64,000 nt of DNA from an uncultured Gammaproteobacteria bacterium (GCA_964518565.1 CAZFGX010000001.1:588470-652469), one strand, 5' to 3'. Shown: positions 47,546-56,009, numbered from the stretch's first letter. Notes: a model not told the origin generated them from the letters alone. Numbers and translations: made by a program.

Positions 47546-47833
47546 ATGCTAGCAAAAAAAATTCGCAGCTTCATTATCTTCGTATTGCGAGCCACAAGCA
47601 AATTGGAGCCTATACTAATCAGAGCTGAGTTTACAGCAATTGGTTTTTCCGGCCACGTATCAGAGGTCGACAAATCTATCGCAAGACAAAACAATTTCAA
47701 AGACCTAAACCGTTTCGAAAAATGGATTCTTAATCCCACAATCGAAGCAGAGAAAGAAAAACGTAAAGAAAATTTTCGACAAGCAGTGATCGAGGTCACA
47801 GGAGAAGATCCAGAAATCGATTGGACAGAATAA
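47546..47833 (+). CDS. Hypothetical protein
   Basis: AAGGAG SD before ATG 47546. Confidence 0.6.
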   Translation: MLAKKIRSFIIFVLRATSKLEPILIRAEFTAIGFSGHVSEVDKSIARQNNFKDLNRFEKWILNPTIEAEKEKRKENFRQAVIEVTGEDPEIDWTE

Positions 47834-47847
47834 ACCTCTAAATCCCA

Positions 47848-47882
47848 GCACCCTGCGGCTCACGCCAACGGGTGCTTTTTTT
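47848..47882 (+). terminator. Intrinsic terminator
   Basis: AGCACCC/GGGTGCT stem plus T-run. Confidence 0.75.
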
Positions 47883-47925
47883 ATGCCTTGTAGTATTTCA
47901 CTTCAGCTATTGTTATGATTGGCAT

Positions 47926-48285
47926 ATGTCATTCAGATTTCGTTCAGCTGTCATTTACGATCGAGTCCATTTGTACGCCAAAGAAATGTACAACATGACC
48001 GGTCGCTTTCCCGAATATGAACGCGACGGTCTGATCAAAGACATTCGGTCCACCTGTCTCAATCTAGTCAAAGAAACCGCTATCACCTTAAACAAACCCA
48101 AAGGCCAAGAAGAAACCAAAGATTCCTACAAACAATGCCTCAATAGTATTAGTGAACTGGTGGCCTTATTTGATTTTGCCTTCCGAATGGAATACATCTC
48201 CGAAATTCTTCATACTCGGGCGATTCAATTTTCTGAAGATGCAATGAAATACCTCTACGAAGCCAAAGACGTCCACGGCAAATAA
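47926..48285 (+). CDS. Four-helix-bundle protein (23S rRNA IVP/bAvd-like)
   Basis: Y..T.RFP.YERDGL..DIR, SISEL...A.RMEYIS. Confidence 0.8.
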   Translation: MSFRFRSAVIYDRVHLYAKEMYNMTGRFPEYERDGLIKDIRSTCLNLVKETAITLNKPKGQEETKDSYKQCLNSISELVALFDFAFRMEYISEILHTRAIQFSEDAMKYLYEAKDVHGK

Positions 48286-48312
48286 GCAAATTTTTGGTAA
48301 AATCTATTTCGT

Positions 48313-48384
48313 GCCTGGGTAGTTCAGTGGTAGAACGCATTCTTGGTAAGAATGAGGTCGAGAGTCCGATTCTCTCCCCAGGCT
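48313..48384 (+). tRNA. tRNA-Thr(GGT)
   Basis: GCCTGGG/CCCAGGC acceptor, CATTC-TTGGTAA-GAATG anticodon arm. Confidence 0.93.
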
Positions 48385-48486
48385 CACTAGCACTATTACC
48401 AAAATAGCGTCGAGAGATCGATCACGAACGAAGTGAGGGATAGAGAAAAAATCGAAGATTTTTTTGATATTCTCTCCCCAGGCTCA
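48369..48486 (+). repeat. 18-bp direct repeat of the tRNA-Thr 3' end
   Basis: ATTCTCTCCCCAGGCTCA at 48369-48386 and 48469-48486. Confidence 0.9.
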
Positions 48487-48491
48487 GATCT

Positions 48492-48695
48492 TTAGCAATC
48501 CTTCACCGTATTACCTTGAGCGTCACTGTGATATCGGGGACAATGTGTAGCCGTAGCAGCTGGTTTTTGTTCAGTAATTTTTAATCCTTGAGACGGTCCT
48601 TCTTCAAATTTAATATCACACCCAGATAGCCCCAATACCCCCATTACCCATACACCAGTAATCACAGCTTGGCGAATTGCTCGCTCCTTATCCAT
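48492..48695 (-). CDS. Small lipoprotein
   Basis: Lipobox LSGC; two further Cys. Confidence 0.55.
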   Translation of the reverse strand: MDKERAIRQAVITGVWVMGVLGLSGCDIKFEEGPSQGLKITEQKPAATATHCPRYHSDAQGNTVKDC

Positions 48696-48726
48696 GATAA
48701 GACCCAATTATAGGGCAAAAGTCTGT

Positions 48727-49914
48727 CTAACGCGAATCGTACATCGTGCGCAAATATTCTTTTATGGTTGTAGCCCCATTTTTTACTAGCCGAATCCCCT
48801 CTGTATTTAGATCTGCAAACCCAGACTCCACCAATTTTTTCCGAAACTCTTCTTCCGTCCCACCTGCCAAAACCAAATCTCTCACCTTGTCATCCATCTT
48901 CAACATTTCAAAGACACCCACCCGACCCTTATACCCTGTCTGGACACACCAATCACAACCCTTGCCAGTAAATAGTTGAAAATTGGTATCCCCTATTTCT
49001 TTTTGCATCAATTTTTTCCCTTCCTCTGTCGGCGCCACTGCCGTCTTACAATGGTCGCACACTCGCCGCATCAAATGCTGAGATAAAATTCCTCGAACTG
49101 CATAATTGATCATGTACCGATCAACCCCCAAATCCATCAGTCGGTACAATGCACCTGCGCTATTTCGACTATGAATTGTCGAGATCACCAAATGTCCAGT
49201 CAACGAAGCCTGAATGGCCACCCGAGCGGTTTCTGCATCTCGAATTTCACCGACAAACACCACATCTGGATTGAGTCGCAAAATCATGCGCAAACCCGAC
49301 ACAAAATCCAAACCTATTTCCTGTCCCACCTCTATCTGATTTACCCCCGGCATGATGTATTCCACCGGATCTTCAATAGACATAATATTCATCTCCCCAT
49401 TATTCAAATATCGCAAACAGGTATGCACAGTGGTAGTTTTTCCGGATCCAGTAGGGCCAGCAACCAAAAATAGACCATATCTTCCTGCAATACTTTCCTG
49501 CATCATTTTGCCCATTTCAGGCAACATACCTAGTTGGGCAAATTCAGAAAATTCCGGGATATCCAATACCCGAAATACAATCATTTGGCCAAAATTCGTC
49601 GTTACGATCGCTACACGACACACGTACGGATGACCTTCAATATCAAATCGAATTTTAGATTCCTGTGGCTTACGACTTTCCGTCACATCCATATTTCCCA
49701 ATACTTTCACCCGCGTCAATACCTGGGTATATGTTCCAGGTGGCATTTCGCCAAACGTCGTCAACACCCCATCGACACGAAACCGTACCAAAGTTGTCTT
49801 TTCCTGAGGCTCAAACAAAATATCCGAAGCTTTTAGCCTGACTGCCTGGGCAAACACCAAATCCACGATCTCCACTGGCGAAGACATGCTAGACAATTGC
49901 AATAGATCAGACAT
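48727..49914 (-). CDS. GspE/PilB-family secretion/pilus ATPase
   Basis: ASDI, RFRVDG, GPTGSGKTTT, EDPVEY, GEIRD, TGHLV, Zn-binding Cys. Confidence 0.93.
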   Translation of the reverse strand: MSDLLQLSSMSSPVEIVDLVFAQAVRLKASDILFEPQEKTTLVRFRVDGVLTTFGEMPPGTYTQVLTRVKVLGNMDVTESRKPQESKIRFDIEGHPYVCRVAIVTTNFGQMIVFRVLDIPEFSEFAQLGMLPEMGKMMQESIAGRYGLFLVAGPTGSGKTTTVHTCLRYLNNGEMNIMSIEDPVEYIMPGVNQIEVGQEIGLDFVSGLRMILRLNPDVVFVGEIRDAETARVAIQASLTGHLVISTIHSRNSAGALYRLMDLGVDRYMINYAVRGILSQHLMRRVCDHCKTAVAPTEEGKKLMQKEIGDTNFQLFTGKGCDWCVQTGYKGRVGVFEMLKMDDKVRDLVLAGGTEEEFRKKLVESGFADLNTEGIRLVKNGATTIKEYLRTMYDSR

Positions 49915-49988
49915 AGGCAGTACTACTATTCTCCAAGCTAGACTACCCAATGTCAATCCGAGAAAAAAATGCTATAATTAGTGGCAAT

Positions 49989-50162
49989 ATGGCCAAAAAA
50001 GGTGCCCGACAAATTTATGCCTTGATCTGCAGTGTCTGCAAAAGACAAAACTATGCTATGGTCAAAAACAAAATCAATACACCTGAAAAACTGACTTTTG
50101 ACAAATATTGTCCCAAGTGTCGCAAACACACCGAACACAAAGAATCCAACAAATTAAAATAA
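49989..50162 (+). CDS. rpmG: 50S ribosomal protein L33
   Basis: LICSVCKRQNY...KYCPKCRKHTEHKE. Confidence 0.96.
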   Translation: MAKKGARQIYALICSVCKRQNYAMVKNKINTPEKLTFDKYCPKCRKHTEHKESNKLK

Positions 50163-50190
50163 CCAATTAGTGGTATGATCTGAAGTAGAC

Positions 50191-50733
50191 ATGGAGTCTG
50201 AGTCTAAGACATCACTCCTACCCCTCTTTATCGGCGTACTCATAATCGCCACTTCCGCCACCGGTTACATTCTTCTCCTCAAATCTCCACCTGATCCAGC
50301 CAAAAATCGTGTTCTATCAAAAAATATTGAGGTCTCCCCCACACCTGGCCCTACAACCACACCCACGCCCATCACCAAGTCACTTCCAGCTATCGATTAT
50401 CCCAATACAAACTTTATTTCAGCCACTGCGACCGCCAGCCAATATTCTATAACCGACCCCAAATCCTGCGAACAATTTGATCCCACCAATGCCACCAGCC
50501 CCATCCAAACCAGCACCTTCCACGATCAAACTGTCTTTTACCAAACCTCAGGCACAGTAGAAGGGACAGTAGTCACCGAAACCCGCCAATACCACCTACC
50601 AAAAGACAACATCTGTGAAGAAAAAACTCTTACCCTCAAAACCACAAATATACGCTCCATCGACCCAGCCAAAAAAATCAAGGCCGTCGATACTGATCTA
50701 ATCTGGCAACGACTCGAATCCCTCCTCCCGTAA
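50191..50733 (+). CDS. Membrane-anchored hypothetical protein
   Basis: N-terminal TM, PT linker, Cys pair. Confidence 0.7.
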   Translation: MESESKTSLLPLFIGVLIIATSATGYILLLKSPPDPAKNRVLSKNIEVSPTPGPTTTPTPITKSLPAIDYPNTNFISATATASQYSITDPKSCEQFDPTNATSPIQTSTFHDQTVFYQTSGTVEGTVVTETRQYHLPKDNICEEKTLTLKTTNIRSIDPAKKIKAVDTDLIWQRLESLLP

Positions 50734-50756
50734 ATTTTGGTAAAATGACTTCATCT

Positions 50757-50802
50757 AGGGGTGTCGTTCAACGGCAGCCCCGCAGCTGCGGGGTCCAAAA
50801 CC
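50757..50802 (+). pseudogene. 5' remnant of tRNA-Trp with an inserted GC palindrome
   Basis: AGGGGTG-TC-GTTCAACGGCAG, then CCCCGCAGCTGCGGGG and TCCAAAACC; TAAAAT upstream. Confidence 0.7.
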
Positions 50803-50805
50803 AAA

Positions 50806-51060
50806 ATGTATTACGTCTACATTTTAAAAAGCGAACATGACGGAAATATATATACAGGTTACTCGTCTGACTTAAAACGTAGAATCCAAGAACACCAATC
50901 TGGAAAAGTAGACTCAACAAAAAACCGCTTACCTATAAAATTAATATATTACGAAGCATATCTGAGCGAAACAGATGCTAGGAATAGAGAACAGTATTTA
51001 AAAAATGGTGGAAATGCCAAAAACACGTTAAAATCACAAATACAAAACTCTTTAAAATAA
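50806..51060 (+). CDS. Small GIY-YIG nuclease
   Basis: YYVYILKS...IYTGYSSDLKRRI..H...YYEAY...ARNREQYLK. Confidence 0.93.
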   Translation: MYYVYILKSEHDGNIYTGYSSDLKRRIQEHQSGKVDSTKNRLPIKLIYYEAYLSETDARNREQYLKNGGNAKNTLKSQIQNSLK

Positions 51061-51072
51061 ACTGTTCATCGC

Positions 51073-51144
51073 AGGGCCGTGATGTCAATGGTAGCATGGG
51101 GGTCTCCAAAACCTCTCGTCCAAGTTCGAATCTTGGCGGCCCTG
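51073..51144 (+). tRNA. tRNA-Trp(CCA)
   Basis: AGGGCCG/CGGCCCT acceptor, GGGGT-CTCCAAA-ACCTC, GTTCGAATC. Confidence 0.9.
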
Positions 51145-51169
51145 CATTGAACAATTACAAAAATTCGCA

Positions 51170-51214
51170 GTCTCCAATCCCGCCGCTGCGGGACGATTCC
51201 TTCCACCCCTGCCA
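51170..51214 (+). pseudogene. 3' remnant of tRNA-Trp with an inserted GC palindrome
   Basis: GTCTCCAA, TCCCGC-CGCT-GCGGGA, CGATTCC, then CACCCCT-G-CCA, which pairs with AGGGGTG at 50757. Confidence 0.7.
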
Positions 51215-51221
51215 AATCACA

Positions 51222-52217
51222 CTATTTTGCAAAACCTCCAAAATAGCTTGTCAGATCGTCAAAATTTTCCGCAAAATACTCCAAGCTATCTACATGAGGT
51301 TTTATAAATATATCTGGACGACAATTTTGTTTTAAATAATGCTCTGATTCTATCCACAGGCTCTGAATCTTTTTATAAAAATAAACCTGCCAACCCATTT
51401 CTATCTCAGATTGAGACAAGGGATATTCAGACTGATACGTCGTCATAAACGCCTCGATATTGCCCATATCTTTCTCAGTCGGAACTCCTTCGACACACAT
51501 ATAATCCATAGATCTAATCACTTCATAAATCCTATGTCTCACTCCAGTCTTTTCAAAATCAAACACATGACTCACATTATTATTACCATCAAAAAATACA
51601 TTTCCATCATGAAAATCTCCATGAATTTGGTGAGAGGGATTTAAATCAAAATTTGTATGATCTGGAATAGACTTTTCTACAAATCGTAGCTTGAGTTCCA
51701 GCCCGCGCAGTGCAATCCGATCAAAGTCATCCGATTCAGATTTAGATAAAATACTCTCTCTAATATTCTCTGCTTTATGTATAAATTCTGCCGTATCCCA
51801 GGTTTCTATTTCTCCATCAGCACCAAAAGGCAATTCACTCCCCAATCTATGGATCTTCGCCAGCATTTTTGCCATCGATTTAAAATGAACTACCTCCAAA
51901 TCTCTTCTACTTATCTGTATCGCATCAACAAACGGAAAAAGTGCATACACTCCACCTTCAAAAGAAAAAAAAGTACCGTCTTTTCCTATCATGGGCAAAA
52001 TTACCGGCACACCACCTTGAGAAAAAAATTTCTTTACCCGATGGACTTGGGCTACTTGTTCAGAGTCTTCAAATCGATATCTCTTCAAAAAATATTTCTG
52101 CTGCCGATTAGCCAAAATATAATTTTTACTCAGTACCCCTTTTTGCACCTCAGAAACAACCCTCAGATCATCACGTAAATCGAAATTACTTTTTATATAC
52201 GCCAATAAATCATCCAC
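51222..52217 (-). CDS. Aminoglycoside phosphotransferase/homoserine kinase type II family protein
   Basis: YFLKRY, LAKIH, IHGDFHDGN, FDFE. Confidence 0.88.
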   Translation of the reverse strand: MDDLLAYIKSNFDLRDDLRVVSEVQKGVLSKNYILANRQQKYFLKRYRFEDSEQVAQVHRVKKFFSQGGVPVILPMIGKDGTFFSFEGGVYALFPFVDAIQISRRDLEVVHFKSMAKMLAKIHRLGSELPFGADGEIETWDTAEFIHKAENIRESILSKSESDDFDRIALRGLELKLRFVEKSIPDHTNFDLNPSHQIHGDFHDGNVFFDGNNNVSHVFDFEKTGVRHRIYEVIRSMDYMCVEGVPTEKDMGNIEAFMTTYQSEYPLSQSEIEMGWQVYFYKKIQSLWIESEHYLKQNCRPDIFIKPHVDSLEYFAENFDDLTSYFGGFAK

Positions 52218-52220
52218 CGC

Positions 52221-53053
52221 CAAATATTATCAAACCTCGAGATGAAATCAATCAAGTTTTGTCAAAAGTATTTTTATCCCCACCACTCCACACTTCTTTT
52301 CCTCTTCTTCAGAATAAAACTTCCGTATTTGTTCCAACAACTGTATTTTTGTAGTTCCTCCAAACCAACCCGGGTCAAAATCTGAAAACAATAATTCAAA
52401 ACTTGGATAGCGCAATAGACCGACAACGTGAGCAGTAACCGACTCCATCAGATCTGGATTCTTTTTAAATACAATTTTGTCCCCTATCTGTATCTGTTGG
52501 CGCTTCTCGTCATATAGCCGCGATTCAATAATTTTTTTCCCAGACCTGATCGCCTCAAAAGGCTCAGGTTGAAGTTTCATTTCATAAACAATAGATTTTT
52601 CAAACTGATAGTGCGGCGATTCAGGCATGATCTGAACCAACTCTATTTTGTTTCCTTCTGGATCAAACAAGTATGCAGCCAAATTTTTATCTTTCATATT
52701 CATGATTTCGGAGTCAAAAACTACCCCCCTACTCTCCAAATCAACTTTCGTTTTCGCTATATCCTCTACCGTAAAAGCAATATGTCTTAATCCGATACTC
52801 TCTTTGTCGTCAAACACTAGACGTTTGTTTCCACCCAAACACAATTCCAAATACTGCCCCTGAGAAATATGTACATACACAATCCGCAAAGATCCGTCAT
52901 CATTAAAAATTTTAAACGCTTCTGCAAACCCCAATCCCTTCACATAAAACCGCAACATGGTATCTATATCCTTGACCCGAATTGCATTATGCCCAAATCG
53001 CATAATCAAATATTACCAAACCTAGAGATGAAATCAATCAAGCTTTGTTAAAA
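52221..53053. repeat. ~47-bp direct repeat (duplicated promoter) at 52221-52267 and 53007-53053
   Basis: CAAATATTA(T/C)CAAACCT(C/A)GAGATGAAATCAATCAAG(T/C)TTTGT(C/T)AAAA. Confidence 0.85.
52248..53003 (-). CDS. VOC/glyoxalase domain fused to an ASCH domain
   Basis: HNAIRVKD..FY..GLGF, HIAFTVED, DPEGNKIELVQ; then MKLQPEPFEAIRSGKKIIESRLYDEKR. Confidence 0.85.
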   Translation of the reverse strand: MRFGHNAIRVKDIDTMLRFYVKGLGFAEAFKIFNDDGSLRIVYVHISQGQYLELCLGGNKRLVFDDKESIGLRHIAFTVEDIAKTKVDLESRGVVFDSEIMNMKDKNLAAYLFDPEGNKIELVQIMPESPHYQFEKSIVYEMKLQPEPFEAIRSGKKIIESRLYDEKRQQIQIGDKIVFKKNPDLMESVTAHVVGLLRYPSFELLFSDFDPGWFGGTTKIQLLEQIRKFYSEEEEKKCGVVGIKILLTKLD

Positions 53054-53199
53054 AATTTCACCACAACTAATTCTGAATTTGCATAAATAATAACCAACTA
53101 CTATAGGTTTAATTATGCTGGTTTTTTTGATATAATCTACACAGCAAAACATTCTGTTTTGAGCACATTCAAATCGAGAAGGCATAAGGAGCAGGAGTT

Positions 53200-54093
53200 A
53201 TGAAAATCGATCCAAAAAATGGCAGTATTACACGCCTGACAAACGGTCATCATTTAGTTCGAATTGTAGGTAAAACGCACCTGGCTAACTTGCCGGGCAT
53301 TGTATGTAAAAACCCACAAGCACCCGAAGCAAAACGCATCTATGAAAAACGTTTTACACAAAAACGCATCTATCTCCCTTTTGAGGCAGATATAGCACGA
53401 GAGAGCATACTGGGACGTACACGCGAAGATTCAATCGTGTTGGGCATGACCGGTTACTCAAGTATCAAACCCGAAGACTGTGCCGCCTGGGGAATTCAAC
53501 CAGAAGCATATGAAGCAGCTTGCCAAGAAGTGTTGGCAAACATGGTTCTAGCAATTCGTACGGAATATCCCCGAGTCAATATTGCAATCGCCGATGGTGC
53601 ATCAGATCTCGGTGTAGACCAAGCGGTCATTGGTGTCTCCAGACATTTAAACCTCCCCCATCTCGGACACTCGTGTCCAAACTACATGATGTATGTCAAA
53701 GATGACCACGATACTGTCTTGGTTTCAAACACTCAAGACGAATATTCAGATGAATTTATCCGCAGTTTAGATATTCTCTGTTCTGTCGGAGGCAGACTTC
53801 AAGCACTATTACACGACATCAAGGCCGCAATTCTGTTCAACAAAAAGGTTTTGTTGTTTGATCTTGTCAGAACAATTTCTATCAATCGTGGCGGTCCAGC
53901 AGCCCGGGGTGCAGATGGCGGCGTACACGATGCCACATCTGCATTTTTAGCAGCAATCAGACTATTCCAAGGCGAAAATCAAACTCAATCATATGAAGCA
54001 ATGCGTGACTGGGTCAGAGACCAGACCGTTAAAGTCACTCGACCACTGGTCTCTCCTCAAAGCGCCTTCTCAAAATGGCAACGCGATCTCTAA
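53200..54093 (+). CDS. SLOG-superfamily (LOG/YspA/Smf-like) nucleotide-binding protein
   Basis: LGMTG, IADGA..GVD, LDILCSVGG...DIKAA..NKKV pattern; AGGAG SD. Confidence 0.6.
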   Translation: MKIDPKNGSITRLTNGHHLVRIVGKTHLANLPGIVCKNPQAPEAKRIYEKRFTQKRIYLPFEADIARESILGRTREDSIVLGMTGYSSIKPEDCAAWGIQPEAYEAACQEVLANMVLAIRTEYPRVNIAIADGASDLGVDQAVIGVSRHLNLPHLGHSCPNYMMYVKDDHDTVLVSNTQDEYSDEFIRSLDILCSVGGRLQALLHDIKAAILFNKKVLLFDLVRTISINRGGPAARGADGGVHDATSAFLAAIRLFQGENQTQSYEAMRDWVRDQTVKVTRPLVSPQSAFSKWQRDL

Positions 54094-54206
54094 AGCACCT
54101 CTGGGTGCAAGATAAAAATGACATGACAATTCTTTGCATATAGCGCACCAGAAAAAGCATCTCATTCTTATCCTTGCATACACCCAAGGTGCTTTTTCTT
54201 TTTTTC
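54092..54206 (+). terminator. Long imperfect hairpin plus T-run
   Basis: AAAGCACCT/AGGTGCTTT, TGGGTG/CACCCA, GATAA.AATGA/TCATT.TTATC. Confidence 0.55.
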
Positions 54207-54223
54207 TTTAGTTGTACAATAAA

Positions 54224-55411
54224 ATGGTGAAGCACAAGACGATTGTCATCCTTCTAATCTTACTCCTGCTCACTCTCATCCTCGTCTTTATCACTATAAA
54301 ATTACCCAGGTGGACTACGTACAATAATATTTCCGGCTCCCCACTCTATGACGGCAAATTTGCCCATCTGACTATTTTTCCACCTCCCCTGGGCGGAATT
54401 AGCATCTTACCTCCAAACTACATACCCAAAACCAAAACCATATCTCTCTCAATTATCGACCCAAAAACAAAACAAACTTCCGAACTACCTCTCTTCAAAG
54501 ATATATCTGAAATGCGCACCGTTAAAGTATTAGCCGACACATCAAAACCCTTACTTTGGGCAGTCGCCGAACCGCGCCAAGATTGCAGCTGGCCAAAATC
54601 CAAGCTTCCTCTTAGTGAATGCAAAACTGAATTCTACAAAATAGATACCACGACGGGTCAAAAATCATTAATATCTGAATTTGAATTCAAACCCAATAGA
54701 TATATTATTCCTCTGGTTCAAGATTTTAAAAATGGTGCGATCTGGTTACTATCCAATCACAACCTCAGTGGCCTAAACACCAACCAATCGAATGCTTATA
54801 TAGCCCAAGAAGAAGTCATTCGTTTTGATCCAGGCACTCAAAAATTTACCTCCTACAAAACCGCAATATATCCACAAACAGATAAGAACGATTGGAGCAT
54901 TTTTACCAGTGGCTTCCCAGGCAGTAAAAAAATAGCCGATACAGATACAGATGGCAATTTATTTTTCTTAACTGAAACAGCCAGTGGCTCATCCCAACTC
55001 GCAAAAATCGATGTAAATCAAAACAAAATTATTCCCATCCCACTCCCTCAAACAATTGGAAATGGGGAATTTGTCATAGACAAATCAAAACAAATGCTTT
55101 ATCTGACGAATTATTCTTGGGATGGAAACGGCCCCAGCTATCTATTTCAATACGACATAAAAACCAATCAATTTAAAAACTTCGGCACATTGCCCATTCA
55201 TGACAGAGACGATGTCAGAGGTTTATTATTTAATCAGGGAAAACTATATGCTGGATTTTTCAAGGGATTAGGGATATTTAATCCCTTGACAAAAACATGG
55301 AAAATCATCACCCAAAAAGATGGTCTCTACGAAAATCCAGTCAAAAATATTTACCAATTAAACAAACAGCTGTGCGTCGACCACGAAAGCACTGCAATAA
55401 GTTGCCAATGA
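54224..55411 (+). CDS. Membrane-anchored beta-propeller-like protein
   Basis: N-terminal TM; repeated DP.T..F, G.IW, DGL motifs. Confidence 0.7.
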   Translation: MVKHKTIVILLILLLLTLILVFITIKLPRWTTYNNISGSPLYDGKFAHLTIFPPPLGGISILPPNYIPKTKTISLSIIDPKTKQTSELPLFKDISEMRTVKVLADTSKPLLWAVAEPRQDCSWPKSKLPLSECKTEFYKIDTTTGQKSLISEFEFKPNRYIIPLVQDFKNGAIWLLSNHNLSGLNTNQSNAYIAQEEVIRFDPGTQKFTSYKTAIYPQTDKNDWSIFTSGFPGSKKIADTDTDGNLFFLTETASGSSQLAKIDVNQNKIIPIPLPQTIGNGEFVIDKSKQMLYLTNYSWDGNGPSYLFQYDIKTNQFKNFGTLPIHDRDDVRGLLFNQGKLYAGFFKGLGIFNPLTKTWKIITQKDGLYENPVKNIYQLNKQLCVDHESTAISCQ

Positions 55412-56007
55412 CCAAAAAATCCTCACCTCCCACCTACTCTCACTACGTCATTATGACACTACTTTTACTATGTATTGTTACCAGCTTTTTTGCTATTCAT
55501 CTGTTCAAAAAACAGCGTAGTGACACTGCCCAGCCACTGACTCAAAACTCCAACATCACAACAATCCAACCTGAATGTACGAAAAATAACTTTTTACCCA
55601 AAAACCAATATCTTCCTGCCTACCAAGTTAAACAAGGCGACACCTTACTATCTATCGCCAAAACCCAGCTCAAAGACGCCAGTCGGGTCAATGAACTAAT
55701 TCAACTCAATAGCGATATATATCCTTCACTATCTATAGAAAAACCATTTTTGGAAAAAGGCTGGAAACTAGCACTACCTCCCAAAGACACAGTCACCAAT
55801 GGCCTTGTCTATGTGGTAGCTGGTCGCGTCACCAAAAGTGCGTATGGCTGGGGCATTCACTCAAAAAATTCAAGCACAGGACCCTTTTTGCTATCCGAAC
55901 TGCCTGAAAACATAGTCACTAACGACTGCGCCATAGTTATTTACCAGGGCAACGACATAAAAACTGGAATGGGAAGTATCAAAGTCTTTTCGGTCTTAAA
56001 GCAATAG
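55408..56007 (+). CDS. LysM-domain membrane-anchored protein
   Basis: YQVKQGDTLLSIAK...LIQLN...GWKLALP. Confidence 0.88.
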   Translation: MTKKSSPPTYSHYVIMTLLLLCIVTSFFAIHLFKKQRSDTAQPLTQNSNITTIQPECTKNNFLPKNQYLPAYQVKQGDTLLSIAKTQLKDASRVNELIQLNSDIYPSLSIEKPFLEKGWKLALPPKDTVTNGLVYVVAGRVTKSAYGWGIHSKNSSTGPFLLSELPENIVTNDCAIVIYQGNDIKTGMGSIKVFSVLKQ

Positions 56008-56009
56008 TC

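Noticed and set aside
47843-47851. TCCCAGCAC matching the tRNA-Tyr 3' end as a possible attR
   Set aside because: Only 9 bp, it overlaps the terminator stem, and a similar TCCCAGCA occurs at 37289, so chance is plausible.
47926-48285. Four-helix-bundle protein as the Avd of a diversity-generating retroelement
   Set aside because: No reverse transcriptase or TR/VR repeat pair nearby.
51096-51335. 79-aa + strand ORF
   Set aside because: It overlaps tRNA-Trp and the 3' end of the phosphotransferase gene.
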